Source: Flaccisagitta enflata (lineage: Eukaryota). From it: DNA of 64,000 nucleotides. The stretch spans positions 38,874,001 to 38,938,000 of the forward strand of contig OZ231126.1 of the NCBI GenBank assembly GCA_965153355.1. The letters run 5' to 3'. The notes under the pieces are model-generated. The model was not told where the DNA came from, made no database searches, and was given only the letters and a program-made list of their open reading frames with translations. Shown in pieces: positions 13,969-24,653 of the stretch. The first letter of the stretch is position 1, and each line of letters begins with the position of its first letter. Position numbers and translations under genes: made by a program.

Positions 13969-14778
13969 TTGAAATATGGAGTAAAATTTTGGTGGGAACC
14001 TCCAAAGATATTATATTAGCACAATAGAAAAAAGAATTAGGGTACCATGACATGTTTTCAGCTTAATGAACCAAAAAATTAGATTTTTTTTTAAGCAATA
14101 TTTGATTGTTGTGGTCAAATTTCGCTGTGAACCCCTTTAGAGAGGGCCAAAAAATTTTACATGGACAAAGTTGCATTGATTAGGAATTTCCATATCGGAT
14201 TTGAATGAAATACAACTTTTTTTATCCACAATGGGAAAACATCCAATTTATTTTTCGCTTTAGGGGCCCTTTTTTGTTTTTTTTAGTTCCATAATATCCC
14301 TATCATCTTAGTCCTTGTTTTCATAGTTTATGACATCTCGAAGTGTCCCCAACTATAAATTAAAACTATTGGAACTTCTTTTTGTACCAAATATTTTCTA
14401 AGAATCCAAAAAAATGGCCATTTCGGCGTTTTCTAGTTTTACCACGTTGCTTCAAATGGTCATATCTCGGCCCTTTTTTGTAAATATGGCCTGAAATTTT
14501 GTTTGGAACCTCCAAACATGTTATATTAGCAAAAGAGGATAAAAATGGGGTATCCTGACCTTTGAATATTGTTTCAAGGTCAATAAACTCAAAAACATGA
14601 ATTTTTTGGAGCAATTTTTTGTTTATGGGGCCAAATTTCCCTATGAAGCCATTTTTGAGCCCTATGAAGCCTAAAGCCCTGTGAAGCCAAAATTTTGCAT
14701 GATGATAGTTGCAATAATTAGAAACTTCCATTTCAAATTTGAAAGAATTCCAAGCATTTTTGTAGCCACAATGAAAAG

Positions 14779-16913
14779 CCACAAATCGAGAGATAGATAT
14801 GCGACGTGGCGAAGAAACACCATCTCTCTTCGACCTTCGCGGCTTTCCAAGAAAAATCATTAAAAAACTGCTTCAACCATAATGTAACTGGCTGGAAATA
14901 CACTCAAAATTCCATCTTTTTGTTCTCCACCCAACTGCAAATTTTCATCTCAATCAGTCAACGGGAAGGGTCAAAACTTTGAAAGAAACTACCATCATTA
15001 ATGGGCTTGATTTTATTTCATCATCAAAAAAAATCGCTATCGTGGTCTCACTCTCTCATCGCCTCATATTTGTTTGGAATCTAAAGTCCAAGTTGAATCA
15101 GTTCTCCAACCTCGGTCTTCTTGTGTAACAACTACAGCTAAGAATTTGTGTTACAAAACCGTTTACTCCTTCGCGGCTAAAAAAAAAACTACATCACAGA
15201 ACCAAAGACTGAATCTTACTGAAGGAAATTGTCATCTTACCGTCAACCTAAGATAGATTGTCACAGAGTTGGAAGTTACTGAGCACTGGGGCAGTTGGCA
15301 CAAGCGCCACTCTTTGAGACAAAGAGCTATCTAGAACAGTCTCGGTTTCATCCTGCTCTGACAATCTAATAAAGCTCAAGACATGGAGAAAATACAGCAT
15401 GATATTGCGCAACTGGAAAAAGAGTCAAAAGAAACAAATGAATGGAAAACCGGAATGGATGCTCTACTCATGACCTTCAAAAAAGGTTTTGAAGGTTTTG
15501 AAAAAGTCGTGGAAGGCATTAACAATAATCATACAGCTTTGAATGAAACAATTGCCATGCTAACCATCAAAATGGAAAAACATATCACAGGTGCTGATTC
15601 CTTCAAAGCCCAAGTGGTTAAGCATCAGGTTGCCTCAAAAACCGAATTTGAAGCCTTCAAAGCCCAAGTGGTTAAGCATCAGGTTGCCGCAAAAACCGAA
15701 ATTGAAGTCTTTGGAAAAAAATTGACTAAATCACAACAACAGTTAGATGCAACAAATCGCAAGTTTGCGGAGGAGATGGAAAAAAACAGGCGTATCAAAG
15801 ATGAATTGAAGACCAAGATGGATGCCATTGGAGAAAGAACAACATCAACTGACGTCAGATTACAGGAGCTCCAAACTGAATTTCAAGCCATCAAGGCAAA
15901 AGTGGATGAAACTCACAATTCTGCACAAAGTTCAACCAACCCTGCCACAATGAATAAAGGCTCACCTGTGCAATTTGTTCCAGAATGGGTCTTGCGCGAA
16001 CGAAAGAGAAACAACATCATCATTTTTGGTCAACAGGAAACAGATGACGATCTTGCCATGATCAAATTGCTTGCTGGTGACTTGGACCTGGACCTGGATC
16101 CTTCTACGGACATTGTTCATCATTTTCGTGTTGGAACATCAAACAGTAGCAATTTGCGCCCCCTGGTCGTTAAATTTGTATGCTCAGAAAAAAAGAGGGC
16201 AATGCTCCTGATGGCAAAGAAGCTGAGAGGAATGGAGAAATGGAACGGGGTGATTATCACTCACGACATGACAAAATTGGAATGTCAAGTGGAAAAAGCA
16301 CGGGTGATTAAATTGCGGAAAGATGCTGAACATTTGAACAATTCTCTTACTGCAGATGAAAAAAGCGTCAAGTTTTTCAAAGTTATTGGCGGCCGTCGCG
16401 AGCGAAGAATAGCATGCTTTCCGATTAAATGACTCACTAACTTAGAGACCATAAGAGCACAATGATCAAATCAGATTTTTTTTCTCTCTTTACAAATGGT
16501 TTCTTAGTATCATAAAATCTTTAGTATTTGCTCAGAGAATGATCACTGATATTATTTGCACTTATAAAAGCATCATATTTTCTATTTGGAAGTATTTATA
16601 GTCTTTATTTTCATATATTGGAAAGTCGTTGAAAATTTTGGTGAATATGCAACTTTTTCCTTTACTGATTTACACTTTTGATTTTTAAAACTAGTGACTG
16701 GTCAATTTTGAATATTTTGAACATAGAATTTTCAATTTTTAGCAGTTGCATGGTAACAATTCTCGCTTTTGGTTCTTATGAACTACTGACTGGTTAATTT
16801 TCTTTGCCACGTAAATTGTAATTGTGACGGAACAGCTATCATCTCGAAGAGCAAGTCGTAAAAAGCTTGCTTCCTTTGATAGCTTAAATTTTATATTATA
16901 TTATATTATATTA
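14779..16913 (+). mobile_element. ORF1-only non-LTR retroposon (HAL1-like architecture)
   Basis: Interrupts the right arm of the 10726-17778 element (host gtagccacaat.aaaag..gactatttatttt rejoins); short duplication aaaag at 14774-14778 and 16914-16918; single ORF; (TTATA)n 3' tail at 16891-16913. Confidence 0.75.
15383..16432 (+). CDS. LINE ORF1-like protein (N-terminal coiled coil, RRM/CTD-like C-terminus), 349 aa
   Basis: Intact ATG-to-TGA ORF; heptad-rich N-terminal half; motifs RERKRNNIIIFG, FRVG, RPLVVKF, KKLRG, VIITHDMT match the pattern of CR1/L2/L1-type ORF1p. Confidence 0.85.
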   Translation: MEKIQHDIAQLEKESKETNEWKTGMDALLMTFKKGFEGFEKVVEGINNNHTALNETIAMLTIKMEKHITGADSFKAQVVKHQVASKTEFEAFKAQVVKHQVAAKTEIEVFGKKLTKSQQQLDATNRKFAEEMEKNRRIKDELKTKMDAIGERTTSTDVRLQELQTEFQAIKAKVDETHNSAQSSTNPATMNKGSPVQFVPEWVLRERKRNNIIIFGQQETDDDLAMIKLLAGDLDLDLDPSTDIVHHFRVGTSNSSNLRPLVVKFVCSEKKRAMLLMAKKLRGMEKWNGVIITHDMTKLECQVEKARVIKLRKDAEHLNNSLTADEKSVKFFKVIGGRRERRIACFPIK

Positions 16914-17778
16914 AAAAGACTATTTATTTTTTGCTTTAGAGGCCCTTTTTTGGCCTTTTTAGGTACCCCTTAATAGCCCCATTATCATGATTCTTGTTTT
17001 TCCAGTCTCTTACATCCTGAAGTCTCCCCAACTATGAATCATAATTATTGGGACCCCTTTTTTTACCAAATTTTTCTAAAAATCCCAAAAAATGGCCCTT
17101 TTCAGCATTTTTCAGCTTTACCACATCACTTCAAATGGTCATATCACCGCCATTTTTTGGAAATATGGCCTGAAATTTTTTTTGGAACCTCCATACTTGT
17201 TATATAAGCAAAAGAGGAAAAAAAATTGGGGTACCCTGACCTTTAAATGTTGTTTTGAGGTCAATGAACCCAAAAACATGATTTTTTGGGGGCAATTTTT
17301 GGTTTTTGGGGCCAAATTTTCCTATGAAGCCATATAGGGAGAGCCAAAAAATTTCACATGATGGTAGTTACAATAATTAGGAACTTCCATTTCAAATTTG
17401 AAGGGATTCCAATAATTTTTGTAGCCACAATGAAAAAAACAAATATTTTTTTGCTTTAGGGGCCCTTTTTGAGCCTTTTTAGGTACCCCATTATAGCCCC
17501 ACCATCATGATTCTTGTTTTCCTAGTCTTTTACATCATGAAGCATCCCCAACTATAAATTCAAACACTTGGCTTCTATATAAGTACCAAATTTTGGGCAA
17601 AAATACCAAAAAAAGCCATTTTTTGGTGTTTTTTGGGGGCCGTTTCAAAATGCCCCACGTGGGACTCTAAAAAGGTCACGGTTGAATTCCCCAGGTTTTT
17701 TTTACACAAAAATGACCTTTTTCCAGCCTCGCCACTCTTTTTTTTTTTTCAACGTAGCCCAACTTGTGCATGTGGCGG

Positions 17779-19037
17779 ATGTTAGTGATCTTGTAAGTGA
17801 TCATATTAGTGATCATATTAGTGATCTTGTTAGTGATTGTGTGAGTGATCATGTTAGTGATCTTGTTAGTGATCACATTAGTGATCCCGTTAGTGATCGC
17901 GCTAGTGATCATGTTAGTAATCTCATTAGTGATTGCATTAGTGATCATGTTAGTAATCTTGTTAGTGTTCGCGTTAGTCATCATGTTAGTGATCTCGTTT
18001 GTGATCATGTTAGTGATCGCGTTAGTGATCTCGTTAGTGATCGCGTTAGTGATCATGTTAGTGATCTCGCTAGTGATCGCGTTAGTGATCATGTCAGTGA
18101 TCTCGTTATTGATTGCGTTAGTGATCATGTCAGTGATCTTGTTAATGACCCCGTTAGTGATCATGTTAGTGATCTCGTTAGTAATCATGTTAGTGATCTC
18201 GTTAGTAATCATGTTAGTGATCTCGTTAGGGATTGCGTTAGTGATCATGTTAGTGATCTCATTAGTGATCGCGTTAGTGATGATATTAGTGATCTCGTTA
18301 GTGATCCCATTTGTGATCATGTTAGTAATCTCATTAGTGATCGCGTTGGTGATCGCATTAGTTATCATACTAGTGATCACATTAGTGATCACGTCAGTGA
18401 TCATGTTAGTGATCTCGTTAGTGATCATGTTAGTGATCTCCTTAGTAATCGTGTTAGTGATCATGTTAGTGATCTCCTTGGTGATGGCGTTAGAGATCAT
18501 GTTAGTGATCTCGTTAGTGATCGCGTTAGTGATCATGTTAGTTATCTGGTTAGTGATCGTGTTAGTTATCATGTTAATGATCTTGGTAGTGATCTCTTTA
18601 GTGATCGCGTTAGTGATCATGTTAGTGATCCTGTTAGTGATCGCCTTAGTGATCATGTTAGTGATCTCATTGGTGATCGCACTAGTGATTATATAAGTGA
18701 TCTCGTTAGTGATCGCGTCAGTGATCATGTTAATGATCACGCTAGTGATCGCATTAGTGATCATGTTAGTGATCTCGTAAGTGATCCTGTTAGTGATCAT
18801 GTTAGTGATCTCTTTAGTGATCGCGTTAGTGATCATGTTAGTGATCAGGTTAGTGATCGCCTTAGTGATCATGTTAGTGATCTCGTTAGTGATCGCGTTA
18901 GTGATCATAGAAGTAATCTCGTTACTGACCGCATTAGTGATCATGTCAGTGATCTCACTAGTGATCCCGCTAGTGATCATGTTAGTGATCGTGTTGGTGA
19001 TCGCGCTAGTGATCATGTTAGTGATCTCGTTAGTGAT
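17779..19037. repeat. 12-bp GATC satellite, main block
   Basis: About 105 units of gttagtgatcNN, often cycling at-tc-gc (36-bp higher order). Confidence 0.98.
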
Positions 19038-19039
19038 TA

Positions 19040-19363
19040 GCATAACAAGAGTTCATACAAAGTCATAGGAAAGTTCTCTATCAAAGGGATATGACTCAAA
19101 ATCATGTATACATACAATCCACAACAAAAAATTGCCCCTGGGACCTCTCAAAATTACCGCCGCCACCCCCCTCATATCCCATAGAAAATGTACAGGAAGG
19201 ATATTTGCCTATGTTTTACTATGGGAAAGGGGGCAGGTGGCGGCGCCAATTTATAGGGGTTCCAGGGTTAAATTTTTTTCAGGAACCATCTGTAAACATG
19301 ATTTTGGGCCATATCGCTCTGATAGAGAACTTTTCTATGAAATCGCATTAATTATTGTTAGGC
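19040..19363. mobile_element. Diverged palindromic MITE inserted in the 12-bp satellite
   Basis: cataggaaagttctctatca...aaaatcatgt is inverted as acatgatttt...tgatagagaacttttctatg; exact ends uncertain. Confidence 0.7.
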
Positions 19364-19710
19364 GATTAGTGATCCTGTTAGTGATCATGTTAGTGATATC
19401 ATTAGTGATCGCATTAGTGATCATGTTAGTGATCATGTTAGTGATTGCGTTAGTGATCATGTTAGTGATCTCATTAGTGATTGCGTTAGTGATCATGTTA
19501 GCGATCTCGTTAGTGATCGCGTTAGTGATCGCGTTAGTCATCATATTAGTGATCATGTTAGTGATCTCTTTAGTGATCGCTTTAGTGATCTCGTTAATAA
19601 TTGAGTTATTGATCATGTTAGTGATCTCGTTAGTGATCACGTTAGTTATCATGATAATGAACTCGTTAGGGATCACGTTAGTGATCTGGTTAGCGATCAT
19701 GTTAGTGATC
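19364..19710. repeat. 12-bp GATC satellite, right fragment (more diverged)
   Basis: Same unit continues up to the junction with the 40-bp array. Confidence 0.95.
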
Positions 19711-21315
19711 CCTGGGATGTTCGATTTTGGCTTCTCCGAACATCCCCAGCCCTGGGATGTTCGATTTTGGCTTGTCTGAACATCCCAGGCCCTGGGATGT
19801 TCGATCTTGGCCTCTCCGAACATCCCAGGGCTTGGGATGTTCGACTTTGGCTTCTCCGAACATCCCAAGCCCTGGGATGTTTGATTTTGGCTTCTCCGAA
19901 CATCCCCAGCCCTGGGATGTTCGATTTTGGCTTCTCTGAACATCCCAAGCCCTGGGATGTTCGATTTTGGCTTCTCCGAACATCCCAAGCCCTGGGATGT
20001 TCGATTTTGGCTTCTCCGAACATCCCCAGCCCTGGGATGTTCGATTTTGGCTTGTCTGAACATCCCAGGCCCTGGGATGTTCGATCTTGGCCTCTCCGAA
20101 CATCCCAGGGCTTGGGATGTTCGACTTTGGCTTCTCCGAACATCCCAAGCCTGTGATGTTTGATTTTGGCTTCTCCGAACATCCCCAGCCCTGGGATGTT
20201 CGATTTTGGCTTGTCTGAACATCCCAAGCCCTGGGATGTTCGATTTTGGCTTCTCTGAACATCCCAAGCCCTGGGATGTTCGATTTTGGCTTCTCCGAAC
20301 ATCCCAAGCCCTGGGATGTTCGATTTTGGCTTCTCCGAACATCCCCAGCCCTGGGATGTTCGATTTTGGCTTCTCCGAACATCCCCAGCCCTGGGATGTT
20401 CGATTTTGGCTTGTCTGAACATCCCAGGCCCTGGGATGTTCGATCTTGGCTTCTCCGAACATCCCAAGCCCTGGGATGTTCGATTTTGGCTTGTCTGAAC
20501 ATCCCAAGCCCTGGGATGTTCGATTTTGGCTTCTCCGAACATCCCCAGCCCTGGGATGTTCGATTTTGGCTTGTCTGAACATCCCAGGCCCTGGGATGTT
20601 CGATCTTGGCCTCTCCGAACATCCCAGGGCTTGGGATGTTCGACTTTGGCTTCTCCGAACATCCCAAGCCCTGGGATGTTCGATTTTGGCTTCTCCGAAC
20701 ATCCCCAGCCCTGGGATGTTCGATTTTGGCTTGTCTGAACATCCCAGGCCCTGGGATGTTCGATCTTGGCTTCTCCGAACATCCCCAGCCCTGGGATGTT
20801 CGATTTTGGCTTCTCTGAACATCCTGGGCCTTGGGAAGTTCAATATTTGATCTTCCGAACATCCCAGGCCCTGGGAGGTTTGATATCAGCCTCTCTGAAC
20901 ATCCCTAGCCCTGGGATGTTCGATTTTGGCTTCTTTGAACATCCCAAGCCCTGGGATGTTCGATTTTGGCTTCTCCGAACATCCCCAGCCCTGGGATGTT
21001 CGATTTTGGCTTGTCTGAACATCCCAGGCCCTGGGATGTTCGATCTTGGCTTCTCCGAACATCCCAAGCCCTAGAAATGTTCGATTTTGACATGCCAAGC
21101 ATCCCAGCATGATGTTCATTTTGGAAACCTCTCCCGACATCCCAGCCCTGGGATGTTCGTTATGCTTCTCTCCGAACATCCCAGCCCTGGGATGTTCGAT
21201 TTTAACTTTTGTCTGAACATCAGCCCTGGGATGTTGATTTTAGCTTCTCTAACATCCCCAGCCTAGGATGTTAGGAGTGCAAACATCTGGAACATCCAGG
21301 CCTAGGATGTTCGAT
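19711..21315. repeat. 40-bp palindromic tandem repeat array (about 40 units)
   Basis: Unit cctgggatgttcgattttggcttctccgaacatcccaagc; homogeneous to about 20820, degenerate beyond 21070. Confidence 0.97.
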
Positions 21316-21354
21316 CTTACTCCCCCCTCACACACACATACACAAACACATAGA

Positions 21355-21800
21355 ACTAGTCATCCAAGGATCGCACATGGTCATGGCACTGATGCCCAAG
21401 TTGAGCGATCCAGTGAAAAAGTGAGTGAGAGAAAGGGGCCCTAAAGGGCCAATGTCCTGTAGAACACAGGGGGGAATTTCGAGACGTCCGTCCGTCCTGA
21501 GGGCGCTCTAGATGGCTGATTTATGCCACTGAAGGCATATCTTAGGGTTGGAGGGCATAATAAAGGCTTGGAGAGCAGATTTGAGATTTGGTAGGTTGGT
21601 TTTAAGCTTGGAGGGCTGATTGAAGGTCTGGAGGGCAGATTTGAGGTCTGGAGGGCAGATTTGAGGTCTGGGAGGCAGATTTAGGGCATGGGAGGGGGGC
21701 TGATTTGGAGCCAAAAGGTTCGATTTTAGGCCTGGAGGGCTAAATTGAGTCCTGGGAGGGCTAATTTGAGGCCTTGATGGTCAACGGGGGGGGGGGGCAG
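21355..21800 (-). mobile_element. Family B element, partial
   Basis: actagtcatccaaggatcgcacatggtca end shared with 40980; 21-bp gagggcagatttgaggtctg repeats. Confidence 0.7.
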
Positions 21801-22724
21801 ACAGATGTTTTTTTACATGTTAAAAGCCTGATTATTATCATAGAGCTTTGAATATGTTGCTTGATTTCTTAAGCAAACCCAAAAATGAAGTTTTTCTTAA
21901 TGAAAAGTTACCAATCTTCTAAAGAAAATCAAAAAAATTGCAAAATGGAAGTGTTTAAATGTTCATTTGGTTTTAGTTCAATTCACTCAGATCTAATAGA
22001 CAGAGAAAGGCCACTCTTTCAGGGTTTTGCTGCGCCCAGCATCTACCATACTACTATCTAGATCAAAAGTATGTCGGCAATATAAGAATCAGGTTGCATA
22101 TCCATTAAATTATTAAGAAAACATTAATGAAACACATGTGATACTTTCTTTGAGTCTCGTGAACATCAAAACATATCATCAATTTCATCGATATGCTTTT
22201 TAGTCGTGGACACGCAACTCTACACCTTACCGTGTCGGTCGGTATGTCGGTCCGTTATGAATTTTGTTGAATTCTGAGCGATTATAGCATAACGGCCCCT
22301 GCCTAATCGTCCGCGACTGTTTTGCCGTGTATCCGGCCTTGTTTAGATGTATTTTGAAGTAGGACGACACAATCTCCTCTCATAACTTGAAAGCAGATTT
22401 TTTAAAGCCCATGCTCAATGGTGTGTGCTCCCCTATCTGTATGTGTCTCCAAAACACTATCTAACACGACACCGGGTTAAGAAGGTAAAGGGATGTGTCA
22501 TGACTACCCTTCGGCGTCAAATAAGCAGCAAAAATTTCCTTAAATAGCTGAAAATATTGTTTAGTCAAGTGCGGTAACTGACAGGAAATGAATTATCATT
22601 TTTTTGCCAATTTGCTTTTGGAGTAGCGCTCTTGTTTTACTTGTCATTTCTTAACAAATTGAGTTGATGTAGTTTCAGAATCTCACCGATTGAAATCTTA
22701 GAATCATTTCTCCTTTCCAAGCTT

Positions 22725-22975
22725 TTTAGTCGCGTGCAACGTGACTCTACACCCCGCTTTGTCGGTCCGTACGTCGGTCTGTCGGTCCGTCTGTCCGTCA
22801 GTCCGTTGGTCCGTTGGTCCGTTGGTCCGTTGGTCCGTCAGTCCGTCACACTTTACTTTTTTTTGTTTTTAGCGGTCTTTGGCCTCACTGCTGCTGCCCA
22901 AATGATCAAGTGACCTCAAAAACAGCCCCTGCCCACCCGCACGCGACTGGGGTAGCCATGTATCCGGCCTTGTTT
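22725..22975 (+). mobile_element. DINE-1/HINE-like element (family A)
   Basis: Same ends and (gtcc/gttg)n core; a shorter variant lies at 22198-22343. Confidence 0.88.
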
Positions 22976-23442
22976 CACACATGTAGCGCCCTCTTACACT
23001 ATTGTTGATCAATGGTTATCTCTTTTGAGTCTCTGAAGCCATTTGCATATTCTCCCTCCAAGTCTACATCTGTGACTTTGGCCAAAATCCATCCACTTTT
23101 GTTTTAAATTCGTTTTAAATTTGTTTATTTCGTTTTAAATTCGTTTTTGATTGTGAATAACCAATTCTATTCTACTTATTTTGTTGCCCAGAATAGTCTC
23201 TGATAAGCCTAAAATAAGTGAAGCATGTCAGACTTTCTCCATGTTTTGGGACTCCGATAAAAGTGTCTGTGATTTTATACATTTTCATTACAATCTTCAC
23301 ACATCAATGAAAATGTGTTCTGTTTTTCTAATTTTCTCTTTTTCTCTTTTTTCCCCCTTTGAGTTCCCTCCCCATCTCCAGACCCTTTGATTTCCCCCCC
23401 CCCCCACGGGGGAATATACAGGCCTGTATAATAGTTACAGAT

Positions 23443-24513
23443 TTTTAGTCGCGTGAACGCGACTCTAGAAGCCGCTATGTCGGTCGGTCGGTCTGTCGGT
23501 CGCTCTGTCGGTCGGTCTGTCCGTCACACTTTTGAAATATAGCGTAATTCTTCATTTTAAAGGTACTTAAGGGTACTCCTGAGTACTTAAAGATACTTTA
23601 GGGTACTTTAAGGTACATTAGATACTTAAGTACTTAAGTACCATAGGGTACCGTGTCATCCACCTGAGTTGTCGGATTCTGTTAAGCTTTTACTCTTTGA
23701 TGCTAAGAGACATGGATTTGAAATTGATCAAGTCTTAAAGAGTATAGATTGACATTTTTTTTATCAAAATTTCAGCGATTTTGGTCAAGTGGTTTGTCTT
23801 TTACACAAATTTGAAGTGCTACAAGTATTTTCCCATCTTAAAGATTTTCCATTAGACAAAAGGAATTCTGCTTGCCTCCGTTTTCACTTTCTTTTTCGCT
23901 ATTCATATCAAAGAGACAAGATTGATCTGAAATAAAAGATAAACTGACTAAGTTATTAAACCACTTCAAAATTTTCCCTGATTAAAGCTTTTTTTGTATT
24001 GATGGCGTATATGACTCAAAAAGAATTGCGATGTTAATTTGCACAGTTCCTGGAATTAATTGGAAATTCTGCTCAGTCCTGAAATGAAAGCTTTTACTTC
24101 ATATTCATGTTGAAGACAAACTACTTGACCAAAATGGACGAAATTTTGACACAAAAAATGTCAATATATACTCTTTAAGACTGGATCAATTTTAAATACA
24201 TGACTTTTTGCACCTGTGAGTAAAAGCTTAACAGAATCCGACAACTCAGCTGGATGACCCGGTACTTCAGAGTATTTTACGTACTAATGGATACATTAGG
24301 GTAGTAAAGGTATCTAAGGGTACTTAGGGTACATTAGAGTTCTCCAGGTACTTAAGGTACTTAAAAAGTAATACAGGATAATTTAGGGTACTTAAAGGTA
24401 ATTAAGAAAGCCTTATTTCACCTTTATTACCTTTATTACCTTTATTACCTTAATGACCTTAATTATCTATATTACCTTTATTACCACGCGACTAAGGTTT
24501 GTTGACCTTGTTT
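23443..24513 (+). mobile_element. HINE-like element with ggtactta minisatellite core, interrupted by a MITE
   Basis: ttttagtcgcgtgaacgcgact start; cacgcgact...ccttgtttt end at 24485-24513. Confidence 0.7.
23651..24262. mobile_element. Tc1/mariner-type MITE
   Basis: TA|CCGTGTCATCCACCTGAGTTGTCGGATTCTGTTAAGCTTTTACTC ... GAGTAAAAGCTTAACAGAATCCGACAACTCAGCTGGATGACCCGG|TA. Confidence 0.88.
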
Positions 24514-24653
24514 TAAATTCGATCTAAAGACGGTGTATTCTTATTCTAAATATCTTTTCAGGCGAGTTTCCATCATCAAGAAAATGTTTGGAGATATGTT
24601 GCAGCACAACCAAAAGGTCACTCAATCGGACCATTGGGGGTCAGAGCTGGTGA

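Larger units (their letters stand above)
10726..17778. mobile_element. Large long-TIR non-autonomous DNA transposon with multiple nested insertions
   Basis: Termini CCGCCACATGCAC / GTGCATGTGGCGG; 4-bp TSD ATGT (10722-10725, 17779-17782; a 2-bp TG TSD with T/A termini is an equivalent reading); arms 10726-~11610 and ~16920-17778 are diverged inverted copies with about 480-bp subrepeats. Superfamily uncertain. Confidence 0.85.

Noticed and set aside
17676-19779. Long ORFs (455, 452, 283, 215 aa) of ITNE/VSD/LVI repeats
   Set aside because: Translations of a stop-poor 12-bp satellite, open on both strands; the array is split by transposons.
19335-21179. ORFs up to 502 aa, and a possible CRISPR array
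   Set aside because: The same peptide appears in all three frames because the period is 40 bp; no unique spacers, no cas genes, eukaryotic context.
21850-23300. Possible decayed minus-strand coding sequence between HINEs
   Set aside because: Multiple stops in the frames tried and no recognisable motif.
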